From contig OX597837.1 in assembly GCA_951406725.2 (NCBI GenBank), positions 24,738,001 through 24,802,000 on the forward strand: a DNA stretch of 64,000 bases. Direction: 5' to 3'. This document shows, piece by piece, positions 1-12,843 of this stretch; within the stretch, counting starts at the first letter, position 1, and every line of letters starts with the position of its first letter. The DNA comes from Octopus vulgaris. Lineage: Eukaryota. A program made the translations under genes and the position numbers. Under the pieces are notes generated by a model that had not been told where the DNA came from, made no database searches, and was given only the letters and a program-made list of their open reading frames with translations.

Positions 1-432
1 CTGAAAGGGAAATTATTAGAAAAAATAGTTCTATGTAGTAGCCAGCAGCTGAGGTGTTACAGAATTGACTTACTTCGCAACAAGTCACACACATCCACAC
101 AGACTGCTGTTCGTGTAGTGATTGTCCTTGCATTAATCTGACTAATATATAGAAGTCTATTCTTTCTTGATGAGGTCTACTAAGGCTGAAATATGTTCAG
201 AGTTGTCTCCCTTACTTGCCAAAATCAGATTCAAATTTATATTATACTTGGAACGCATTTTGCTTCCCATCACTAAATAATTATTATTAATTAATTGGAT
301 TTTTTTACCTCACTGTATTGAGACCTTAATTTGACTGTCATTGGCAACCAATATTTTACTTGTTATATTACATATCACATGCAATAACTACAAACTCTAA
401 AGTGGATTTCTTTATTTCCTGATTTATTCCAG

Positions 433-785
433 GTTCACTTGTTCTTATACATGGACTGGTTGTTCACAGAAGTGAGAAGAATGTCTCTTCAGAATCTAGG
501 CATGCTTACACATTCCACATGTACGACAAAGGCAAAAGTGAATACTGCTCCAAAAACTGGTTTGTATAAATTACCCTTTTTTACTCTTTTTACTTGTTTC
601 AGTCATTTGACTGTGGCCATGCTGGAGCACCGCCTTTAGTCGAGCAAATCGACCCCGGGACTTATTCTTTGTAAGCCTAGTACTTATTCTATCGGTCCCT
701 TTTGCCGAACCGCTAAGTTACGGTGACGTAAACACACCAGCATCGGTTGTCAAGCAATGCTAGGGGGACAAACACAGACACACAA

Positions 786-818
<33 letters not shown>

Positions 819-3800
819 CATATATACGACAGACTTCTTTCAGTTTCCGTCTACCAAATCCACTCACAAGGCATTGGTCGGCCCGGGGCTATAGCAGAAG
901 ACACTTGCCCAAGATGCCGCGCAGTGGGACTGAACCTGGAACCATGTGGTTGGTTAGCAAGCTACTTACCACACAGCCAATCCTGCGCCTGTTTATTATT
1001 CTTGACTGGTTTTAATTATGGTTTGTGCATTGTTGTCAATGATGACCGAGGACATCACATGGGAGAAGATGGGTCATGGTGAGTCTGGCTGTGGCTGATG
1101 TGTGCTCATCAGGTTTGGTTGCAGGCTGGCCACTGGTGGCCCACTGGGAATGAAGGCAAGGAGTTGGTCCTGAACTTGCACAGCTCACGTTTTCCTTGTG
1201 CTCCTGTAGGAGGTGACACCTTTGTTGGTGCAGCTATGCCAGCTCACTGTAAAACAGTCTTTTGGGTAGTCGTGTGTCAGGCATTCGAACAAAGGTGACC
1301 TGCCTGTCTAACTTGCACTCACCTTAGTAGTGTGTACATGCTTGGCAGATCAGCTCAAAAGAGGATCTTCGTGTCTGGGATGTTGTCCTGCCAGGTGATT
1401 TTCAACAGATTTCTCAGGCAGTTCATATGGCAGCGAGCTGGCAGAAACGTTAGCACGCTGGGCGAAATGCTTTGCGGTATTTCGTCTGCCGTTATGTTGT
1501 GAGTTCAAATTCCGCTGAGGTCAACTTTGCCTTACATCCTTTTGGGGTCGATAAATTAAGTACCAGTTACGCATTGGGGTCGATGTAATCGACTTAATAT
1601 CTATGTCTGTCCTTGTTTGTCCCCTCTATGTTTAGCCCCTTGTGGGTAATAAAGAAATAGGTATTTCGTCTGCCGCTACGTTCTGAGTTCAAATTCCACC
1701 GAGGTCGACTTTGCCTTTCATGCTTTCGGGGTCGATTAAATAAGTACCAGTTATGCACTGGGGTCGATATAATCAACTTAATCCGTTTGTCTGTCCTCTC
1801 TGTGTTTAGCCCCTTGTGGGTAGTAAAGAAATAGGTTTAGCTGTTTGGTGTGGAATTCATTAACCGTTCGAGTCTCGCAGGTAATCAGTAGTATAGGTAG
1901 TACAACTGCTTGGTACACCTTCAACTTGGTGGCCAGCTTAATGCCTCTCCTCTCACATACTGATTCATGTAGCCACCTGAATGCTGAGCTTCCCTTTGTG
2001 ATGCATGTGTTGACTTTGTCATCAATGTTCATAGATCTGGAGAGTATGCTGCTAATGGAGGTTAATTGAAGAATAAAGAATAATGTCCCACAATGGATTC
2101 TAGGTTTGCTGTTTCTAGAGACCTGGGAGGGTTCTGGCTCAATCTTGTAAGGTACTTTTATTATATACAGAGTTGAGCTCTCCTCCATTATAGCACTTGT
2201 TTATGTTGTGGTGCAGTGTTTAAATGTTATCATGACAGATCAAGTTGAGCATTGATGAAAGGTTTAAAACTGTTGATCTTTTCAACTTTCAGTTTGAGAA
2301 GTCCATTGGTTAACCCTAAATAAACAATAAGTGTGTGACCAGAGTGTATTATTAGGCTTCATCATCATCATCATCATCATCATCAACGTCTATTTTCCAT
2401 GCTGGCATGGGTTAGACAGTTTGACAGAAGATGGTAAGCTGGAGTAGCTGTACCAGGCTCCATTTGTTTGTTTGGGCTTAGTTTCTACAGCTGGATGCCC
2501 TTCCTAACATCAACCACTCGACTGAGTGTACTAGGTGCCTTTTACATGTCACCAGCACAGGTGCCTTTTATGAGTCACCAGCACAGGTGCCTTTTATGAG
2601 TCACCAGCACAGGTTCCTTTCACGTGTCACCAGCACTGGCCACAACCATGACTGGAAATACAATTGCTATTGATTGTGTAACTTAAAAGAAAAGATCAAT
2701 ACACTGAAAGGAATCTTGTGTTAAGTTTTAAAAAAATTTTTCAATATATTTTGAAACAATATTTTATACAGTTTCTGGCTTTGGTTATAGAAACATAAGC
2801 CACCTGAATGCTGAGCTTCCCTTTGTAATGCAAAAGTACCTTGTAAGGTACTTTTATTATATGCAGAGTTAAGCTCTACTCCATCATAGCACTTGTTAAT
2901 GTTGTGGTGCAGTGTTTAAATTGGTCAAATACTGCAACGCAACTACAGTTACCAACTAAGATTTTTTGCATCCATACAGATCCTTTAGTAAGATGTTATT
3001 TCACCTCAGGTCAGACTTGATTGAGTGGAGGTGCATGGCTTAGTGGTTAGGGTGTTGGACTCGTCATAATAAGATTGTGGTTTCGATTCCTGGATCAGGC
3101 GATGCATTGTGTCCTTGAACAAAGCACTACATTTCATGTTGCTCCTGTCCACTCAGCTGGCAAAAATGAGTAATCCTATGATGGATCGGCATCCCATCCA
3201 GGTAGGGAATATATAAGCCATGGAAACCAGGAAATTGGCCCTTATGAGCCAGTATGACTCAAGAAGGAAACTTAGACCTGATTGAGCAAACAGAGAGGAG
3301 ATAAACTCAACAGCAGTGTTGCTATATTTCACTATTGAGGGGGAATGAACGCCACTGTAGAGTGGCATTATACACTACAAAGAGTTAAACTATTCTAAAC
3401 ATCCAACCCATACCATACAGGTATAGGACGAACAGGTTACCATGGTTCAAATTGGCACTTTCATTTTCAGGGCATTATATCTATGGCTGGATGCCCTTCC
3501 TAAAATCAACTACTTTACAGAATGTATAGGGTACATTTTTTTCATGGCCCTTAACAAGCCTAAAGGGTCCTCTTGATGCCATGTCTTGCTTCATTCATTG
3601 ACCACTTCACAGAGTGTTCTGAGTAGATTTGCAATGTCACCAACAGTGGAACTAAACTCTCATTCAACAAATTATGTGATTCAGTTTTGATTGTTCAAGT
3701 AAAACAATTCTAAAATACATATATTGCTAAATAACTGAGCCAACAAGGGAACCGCTCCATAGTTACTTAACCTGCAACAAATAGCAGCTAAATATCTCTT

Positions 3801-4784
3801 AAATCACACACTATTGACTTTAACCCTGTCATGCCATATTCCTACTACAGTGAGAAAAGGTTAACTGTCATCTCTGCTGGATTCCTGGTAAAGTGGTCTT
3901 GAACAACACACATAGAAAAAGAAGGTGCAGCCAGTTCTGTCCATTACTTGGCCTGCAATCATTACTCTTGAGCCGTATATGCAGCTATACTACTACTATT
4001 TACTATTTTACTTGTTTCAGTCATTTGACTGTGGCCATGCTGGAGCACCGCCTTTAGTTGAGTAAATCGACCCCAGGACTTATTCTTTGTGAGCCTAGTA
4101 CTTATTCTATCGATCGCTTTTGCCAAACCGCTAAGTTACGGTGACGTAAACACACCAGCATCAGTTGTTAAGCGATGTTGGGGGGGGGGGGGGGAGACAA
4201 ACACAGATGCACAAACATACACATACACACATATATATATACATATATACGGCAGGCTTCTTTCAGTTTCTGTCTACCAAATCCACTCACAAAGCTTTAG
4301 TTGACCCGAGGCTATAGTAGAAGACACTTGCCCAAGGTGCCATGCAGTGGGACTGAACCTGGAACCATGTGGTTCGTAAACAAGCTACTTACCACACAGC
4401 CACTCCTACGCCTATTTATTTTTTGCTCATGAGCCCAGGTGGAAAGTAAAGTTAGATACAAGGGCTCTGGTCAGGGAGGGTTAAGAAAGAATGATACATT
4501 AGAACGCTCTTAATCATAGCTCTCCTGTATGAATGATGACCAGGCTAAACAACAACATACTTAAGTAAACGGTAAACTCTAATTTCCTATTTTACTACAG
4601 TTCTGAAACTTTCACCCAATAATAATCAGATATATCTGGTACTTATGTTGATTTTCTCAGTATTCTAACTCAAATCTTCTCAGCTGGCTAAAACTATTTC
4701 TTAAATTCTTTCTGTTTATACAGGTTACAGCCAACTGCTGACTATTCCTTTGAACATCTCTACAGACAAGATACCAGTCCTTAA
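433..4784 (+). CDS. PHYHD1: Phytanoyl-CoA dioxygenase domain-containing protein 1, last two coding exons (gene starts upstream of the window)
   Basis: Exon 433-559 reads (G)SLVLIHGLVVHRSEKNVSSESRHAYTFHMYDKGKSEYCSKN(W). Exon 4724-4784 reads LQPTADYSFEHLYRQDTSP*. AG/GT borders and phases fit. Matches the PHYHD1 C-terminus as recalled (LVLIHGEVVHKS...SRQAYTFH...NWLQPT). AATAAA at 4880-4885. Confidence 0.9.
1030..2090 (-). mobile_element. Degenerate RTE LINE 3' part, interrupted by a SINE dimer at 1431-1834
   Basis: IDDKVNTCITKGSSAF...TKLKVYQAVVLPILL..CET, continuing past the SINEs as HMNCLRNLLKITWQD. Confidence 0.75.
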
Positions 4785-6873
4785 TTGAAAAAAATTATTC
4801 TTGAAAAAATTACATTTTTGTAAGAAATAGTAGTACACTATATAGTTTTATTTTAAAGAATCTAAACTCATTAAAATTAAATAAATTCATTATGATGTAA
4901 AAGTTTAAATTACTACATCATTCAGTTAAATATTATGTGTAACTTATGAAATCATATAATTTTATAAAACAAATGGTGATTTGTAGAAGCTGAGATGTGT
5001 AAGAACTTGACAATAATCTTTAAATTTAATTTTTATAAGAAAGGAATCTAACACTATTGCCATACTGACATAGTCTTGAATCTTTGTCACTATAGTAAAA
5101 CAGACGAACTTAAAACACTGTACGAGGATTAATTAAAATTAATCTCTGTATCATTTGTTGATTGTTTATCCTCTGTTTAGAATTTCATTAATCATAAAAT
5201 GTGATTTCCAAAACAAACTCGTCAATTAATTGTTTGATTTCTATTTTGCCATACTAACTGAGGTTAGATGATACATTCTGCTGAAGAATTGTTTTACAGT
5301 TGAATATTTTTCCTCTTGCGAAGCCTTACCTGTTGGTTAAGGAAGGAACTGTTATACTCCACACATCTTTGAAAGCACTGAGCAAGTAGACAATCTGTTG
5401 ACAGGTTATGACAACAAACATTATCTTTTTGTAGCTCAGTGTTTTTTCATGCAAAGCACAGACTGTAATCATTCACACACACACACACACACACATGACA
5501 AGCTTCATACAGTTTCTCTCCACCAAATTCTCTCATAAGGCACTGGTTAGCCCAAGATTATAGTAGAAGATCCAAGGTGCTACAGAGTGGGACTGAACTT
5601 GGAATCATGTGGTTGAGAAGTGAACTTTTCAACTATACAGACATCCCTGTGACTGATATTTGAAGGAAAATATCAAAGATACAATAATTAAATATAATTA
5701 GATATATAAATATTTTATTGTGTAATTATTTTTCTTTGAAAATTAAATTGTTATATTTCTGATATTTGGTGTTTGTTGTTTGGTCAATAGTAACAAGTGG
5801 AAAAATAAAATCTAAAACTAAGACTACTGTTTGGTTCTAGACCCATTTAAAGCCAATTTACTTTACTTAGTCATTTTTATCTACTGTTGTTAAACATTTT
5901 GAAGGGAATAAAATATTTTCCTCTTCTATGAATTGTTAATGTAGGTTGTGAAGGTCACAGACAGTGCCATAGCACAATTGATGCAAAATAGTCAACCTAG
6001 ATGAGATGCAGTTTGATTACAAGCTTAGTAATGGTACCACAGATTCAATCTTCCAACTAAATCAACTGCAGGAGAATTATCATCATCATCATTATTAGAT
6101 GTTCACTTTCCATGTCAGCATGGTTTGTCCTGCTGTACTACCAACCAACACATTCTACCCCCCCCCCCGCCTACATAACCTTTATTGTCACCCAATACAT
6201 GTTCTCCCTTTCATTTCTCTGTCCACCCTAACATCTCTAGGGTGCTCTGCAGTCTTTCTTTATCTTACTGTTCCCACCACTTCTTTCTTGCACTGTTCTC
6301 TTCCCACAGCTTTTTTGCCTCTTCAACACCTCATTTCTCCCTCTCTGATTTTTAGGAGACTGGCACCCGGCAGATACCAGGACCCCTGGACTGGTGGTAC
6401 GTAAAAAGCACCATCCGAATCGTGGCCGAAGCCAGTGCCGCCTCGACTGGCTTCCGTGCAGGTGGCACATAAAATGCACCAATCCGACCGTGGCCGATGC
6501 CAGCCTCGCCTGGCACCAGTGCAGGTGGCACGTAAAAAGCACCCACTACACTCACGGAGTGGTTGGCGTTAGGAAGGGCATCAAGCTGTAGAAACATTGC
6601 CAGATAAGACCGGAGCCTGGTGCAGCCTTCTGGCTTCCCAGATCCCCGGTCGAACCATCCAACCCATGCTAGCATGGAAAGCGGACGTTAAACGATGATG
6701 ATGATGATGATGATTATGACACATTTCTTCTTCTAAACAATCACCAACAGCTGAATGCCTAAGATAACAAAATTCTAAACAAGATAAATATCCTTTGAAC
6801 ATTAATATTTATGATGAGTAAGGCAGCGAGCTGGCAGAATTGCTAACATGCCAAAAAAAACCCCCCCAAAAAA

Positions 6874-7365
6874 CGGGCATTTGCCATATTCTGAATGCCT
6901 TACTTCCCTGGGCATGGATACATTGAAACTCTGACATCTGGCAGCTGACTTGGCAGATACCCATAAAATTATTAACCATCTTACTAACAATAAATCCGAG
7001 CACCTTTTCCAACTCCACCTGTCTAACACCCGTGGACATGTTTACAAAGTCAGAAAACAGCACAGCTCCAATGATTTTCAGAAACATTTTTTTCACACCA
7101 AGAGTTGCTGAAGCATGGAACAAAATACCGGCATCAGTTGTTAGTTGTTGGAGCACTGCATCCTTCAAAACTTCCATGCTTCCTGAGATTCACCAACACT
7201 ACACCTGATTTTCTCCCCTCCATACACACGCAAGCATGTATCTGACTCATACATTGTTCACTTTCCAGACATTTGTACATTACTGCATATAATTTATATA
7301 CACTTTTGACAAGTTGTGGTGCACCTGAGCACTGTATACAATAATTTCATTATTATTATTATTAT
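6874..7365 (+). mobile_element. CR1-group LINE 3' end inserted into a SINE head
   Basis: Encodes ...[15 protein letters not shown]...VAEAWNK, then a 3' UTR and (ATT)n tail. The host SINE starts at 6821 and resumes at 7366. Confidence 0.8.
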
Positions 7366-8151
7366 AAAATGCTTAGCAGCATTTCATTCACCTTTACATT
7401 CTGAGTTCAAATTCTGCCAAGGTAAACTTTGCCTTTCATCCTTTCAGAGTCAATAAAATAAATACCAATTCAGCTCTGGGGTTGATGTGATTGACTTACG
7501 CCTTCCCCTGAAATTTCTGGCCTTGTGCCAAAATTTGAAGCCAATATTTGTGATGGGTGTATATATTAATATATACCCTATATTCTTTTATCATTTTAGT
7601 TGTTTCAGTAATTTGACTGCAGCCATGCTGGAGCACTGCATTGAAAAGTTTCAGTCAACAAATGAACCCCAGGATTTTATTTCTTAACCCGAGTACTTAT
7701 TCTATCAGTCTCTTCTGGTGAACTGCTAAGTTATGGCTACATAAACACACCAACACTGGCTGTCAAGCAGTTATGTGGGGTGGGACAAACACAGACACAA
7801 AGACACACACACACACACACACATATATATGACAGGCTTCTTCCAGTTTCTGCCTACCAAATCTTCTCACAAGTCTTTGGACAGCCCAAGGCTATAGTAG
7901 AAGACACTTGCCCAAGGTGCCACGCAGTGGGAATGAACCTGGTACAACGTGATTGGGAAGCAAGCTTCTTACCATATGTACAATTCACACAAACACATTA
8001 AAGATTTTCTAACTACAAGCCATCATGTTGGCATGCATTGAATCTTTATTTTCCTTTTGTCTTCAAGAACTCATACAAATATAAAAAAATTATACAAGAG
8101 AAAGGACTAAAACACAAGATTTCTTTCTTACTTTTTTTCTTTTTTAATTAA

Positions 8152-11100
8152 TTATTTCTGGTCTCCTAACAAATCTTTTTGTTTCCGTGCCATCATCTCC
8201 TCGGCTTCCGTCATCTTCCCTTGCATCTGATTTATCAACTGCATAAAATAGAATACCATTAGTAAACATTGTAACCATAGTAACAACAAAATACAACAGC
8301 AGTGATTTACTGAAAAATGATATGAAAATCAACCACTTTATCACATCAAGTGTTACAGGTCTCTCTCTCCCACTACAATTTTGTTAACACTGAGTGTCTC
8401 ATACACTGCCTGGTTGCTGTTATCTCTAACCATATACAGACACTTTTTTATGAAGATAATCCACCTTTTTTTCCTCTATTTAATAATAATGAAATCTCTC
8501 TCTATATAAACGGCAGTTTGTCTGTGTGTGTGTCTGTCACGTTGTACCCTCACCCTGACCACGGCTTTCAACCGATTCTGATGAAACTTGACACACACAT
8601 AGCCCAATGTCATAATACAAAACTAACGCAGCGAAAATTTTGAAAAGTTCCCCCAGTTCTGAAAAAAATCGATAAATTCGACATGGGGTCGAGAATCAGA
8701 AACACAAACCACAGACTGTCTAGGGGACGCAACTCGACCTTTTTAACTCTCAAAAAAATTTACCATCATTTTTTTCCCCATTTTTTGGCTATAACTCTCT
8801 AAAAATGCTTTATAGTTATTTCCCTTACAAACCTGAGCAACGCCGGGCAATACTGCTAGTTATTGTATACAGTGCTCAGGTGCACCACAACTTGTCAGAA
8901 AGTGCGTGTAGAGTATATGCAGTAATGTACAAATGTCTGGAAAGCGAACAATGTATGAGTCAGATACATGCTTGTGTGTGTATGAAGGGGAGAAAATCAG
9001 GTGTAGTGTTGGCGAATCTCAGAAAGCATGGAAGTTTTGAAGGATGCAGTGTTCCAACAACTAACAACTGATGCCGGCAGTTTGTTCCATGCTTCAGCAA
9101 CTCTCAGCGTGAAAAAATGTTTCCTAAAGTCATGGGAGCTGTGCTGTTTTCTGACTGTAAATATGTCCACGGGTGTTAGACGGGTGGAGTTTGAAAAGGT
9201 GCTCAGAGTTATTGTTTGTTAGTCTGGTAAAAAAGGGGACAACACTGATAACCTTCATAAATCCTCTTAGCTCAATGACTAATGCCATTGTTTTACTTAA
9301 ACTGTTGCAGGAAAGATACAAGGAGGGAGGGAATTCCAGACAATCAGTGCTCTGGGGGACAAAAAAGGATTGGGTCTTGGTGAGGTTAGGGTTAGGGTTT
9401 GGATGAGAGGAGAGATGTTTAAATCAAGAGTAAATGAAGGAGGCAGAAGACAAGCCAGTTCCAAGGAGTAGAGGCCATTGTAGTAGTGGAAGAAAAGGCA
9501 GAGAGAGGAGACACAACATCATCATCATCATCGTTTAGCGTCCGCTTTCCATGCTGGCATGGGTTGGACGGTTCAACTGGGGTCTGGGAAGCCAGAATGC
9601 TGCACCAGGCCCAGTCTGATCTGGCAATGTTTCTATGGCTGGATGTCCTTCGTAACACCAACCACTCCATGAGTGTAGTGGGTACTTTTTACGTGCCACC
9701 GGCACAGGTGCCAGACAAGGCTGGCAAAATCTGAATCTTCAAGACAATTTCTTCAAACAAGAGGTTTTTAACCCTTTTGTTACCAACCCAGCTGAAACCG
9801 GCTCTGGCTCTGAGTACAAATGTCTTGTTTTCATAAGTTTTGAATTAAAATCTTCAATCAAACCTTAGTAAAATTTATATTCCTAACACTAGCTTAATGA
9901 TAACTAAGTTATTTTACTAAATTCTTTGTTATATTTAAAATTAATTGAAAGAAACAAAGAGCATCTCAAAATAAATACAGTAACGAAAGGGTTAAACTTA
10001 CCGATTCTTGAATATTCATAATTAAATCTTCTGAGAAGGCGCCTTTGCTAGCTTTCAATTTCTTTGTATATCTATTGCAAATTTCACGCAGTTTCTGCTT
10101 ACTTTTATCACAAAATGTCTTAGCAGATTTGCAGAGCTTTTCACGATGTTCTTTTGAGACTCTAAACAAAACAGAAATTTAAAGGGTTAAGCTACATAAT
10201 TGTTTTCTACAAAGGCAAAAGGATAAATATGTCATATTATAAGAGGGATTTGAGAATATTGTGTGCTGTAAATAATTTTTCAAGTACATCAACAATCTCA
10301 AATGAAATGAAATGATTTTAAACAAAAAGGGTCACTAAAGATATAGAGGCAAGGTAAGCTGTAGACCCAAGAGAAATAGGCATTGAAAATATCTAGTGAT
10401 GTAGGATATACAAATACGACTTTGATTTACAAGCAGGCCATACAAAGAGGTGTTATCGTCACTGACTAGCATGGCAATATCGCTGTCTACTGCTACAAGA
10501 ACAAAGAAGATAATTAAGAAAAGACCAACTACAAAGGCATCAAATTTGTGGACCATGTTATGAAAGTGAAAGTGACAGAAAGGGAATTAGCTTAAACAAG
10601 GTGCAGTTTGGGTTTGTGTCAGGAAATGGAAAGGACTGATGTCTTCTTTTCAGTGAAACAGCTACAGGAAAAGTTCTTAACAAAGAACAAACCATTATAG
10701 CTAACATTCATTGAGCAAGAGAAGACCTGTGACAAAATACTATGCTTGCTAATCTATTAATTGGGTATAGATGAATGATTTGTGAGAGCAGTGCAAACAT
10801 GGACAGAGATGCTGCTAATAAGGTAAGTGTTAGTAACAAGTTCAGTAAAGAAATTAGGCGTCCATCAAGGCTAGTTTCTCAGCCCTCTCCTGTTTATTAT
10901 AGTTCCCCAGTTCAACACCAACTACCCAATGGAACTCCTGCTTTTGATGTCCTAACTCTCATAATTAAATCAGTAGAAGAATTAGAGGAAAAGTTTTAAA
11001 TGTGGAAGTACATTCTAGAAAGAAACTTAAAAATGACAAAATACTTTTGGTTGGAAGGGAAAAACATTGCATTCTAAGGCTTTTAGAAATTGACCAGGGT

Positions 11101-12806
11101 TAATATGCAGAAAAAGAATAGATAGACACTACACCCTTCAAAACAACAACAACAACAACAGCAGCAGCAGCCGCCGCCGCCGCCACCACCACCACCACCA
11201 CCATCACTACCTCCTCCTCCTGAAAAGTGCAGTTCGATTTTAACAGTTATTTTTTCAAAGCTATAATGGAAGTGACAAAGGAGCATATTCAGCATATTTT
11301 GCTTTATGAATTCAGTAAAGGCAACAATGCAACAGAAAGTGCGAGGATTGTTAATGCAGTATATGGGATCAGACAATAAGCACAAGCCTGTGTCAACTGT
11401 AGTTCCAGAAATTCTGAGCTAGAAACTACAGCCTAGAAGATGAGCCTCGTCCTGGAAGATCTGTAGAGCTCAACGAGGACGTCCTGCAAACTCTGGTGGA
11501 ACAAAATCCCATCGTAACTGTTGAGAAACTAGCAGAGAAGCTTAGATTTGGCCATTCAACCTGTCATTCAAGTCAGTGCTAGAAGAAAACGACCATCTTT
11601 GATTTCAGGATGAAAGGTGTTCTTCCATCAAGATAATGCTTGGCCACATACAGCGAGGATGACATTCCAAAGGCTGGAGCAGTTTGAATGGGAAACGATG
11701 CCCCACCCATCATATTCACTGGACATTGCTCCATCTGATTATCATTTATTCTGCAGTCTTCAAAATCATTTGGATGGAAAAAATATGAATTCTGTAGACG
11801 AGGTCAGAACAGTACTGGAGGAGTATTTTTCGTCATGGACATGTGAATTTTGGAAGACGGGCCTTGCAAGTTTACCACATAGATGGAAAGGCATTGTAGA
11901 AAATGAAGGAGAGTATATTTTAGATTAAAAAAGAACTTTGTTCATCTTAATTTTGAAAAATAGAAGTATAAAAAAAAACTGCATTATTTATGGGATGACC
12001 CAATATATTATAAATCTAACATATGGAGAATTTCCTCCAAAACAGTTTTATTAAGTCTTCATTGCTGTCTCTCTTATCTATACAATAAATCTAATTGTTA
12101 AGATCACTCAAACAGCCAGTGTAATTATTATTATTGAGTGAGAGAGCAGTGTATGCCATCAAAGTGATACTGGGGTAAAATATACGAAGCCCAGTATACC
12201 CATCATGACTGCCCGTCTGATAAGGGTACACCAGGCACATGCATCACAACCATATGTGCACAACATGGTGATCTCATATCAAGATAAACAGCACATGACC
12301 TTGCAGGTGAGGCCCAGTTAGAATTTTCTTTTGGTTGAGTAACCCATCCCACTCAAAAGGTCCCTGAATAAGGGTTGTTTAAGGATGTTGAACAAAACAC
12401 CCATGTTTCCAGAAGTGAATTATTCAAACCCCTAAGAATCCCTCTCAATACATGGCTATGATGCTCCCCCACTACTTCTGCTCGTGATCAGAGATGCACA
12501 TACTGTCAGCCACTAAGGGACATGCTCAACTGGTTAAGGTCAAACAACTGACAAGCAAATCTGTGGTATTGAGCAGAATATTTGCTGTAGCCCATCTTTT
12601 ATACCAAGACAAAACATTATTATGCTCGTGATCAGAGATGCACATATCATCAGCCACTAAGGGACATGCTCAAATCTGTGGTATTGAGCAGAATATTTGC
12701 TGTAGTCCATCTTTTATACCAAGACAAAGCAATGTACATGATAACACTTCCAATCAGTCAAGATCAGAAACCACGAGAGCCACTGCCTAGTACTGCATCA
12801 GGGCAC

Positions 12807-12843
<37 letters not shown>

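Noticed and set aside
439-639. ORF overlapping the PHYHD1 exon
   Set aside because: Wrong frame; the real exon (433-559) is in another frame, and this ORF runs into a SINE.
747-1082. Recurrent ORFs such as [21 protein letters not shown] and MTTDAGVF that look like a gene family
   Set aside because: All are translations of SINE family A copies.
9383-9402. TTAGGG repeats suggesting a telomere or healing site
   Set aside because: Only 2-3 units inside a decayed repeat.
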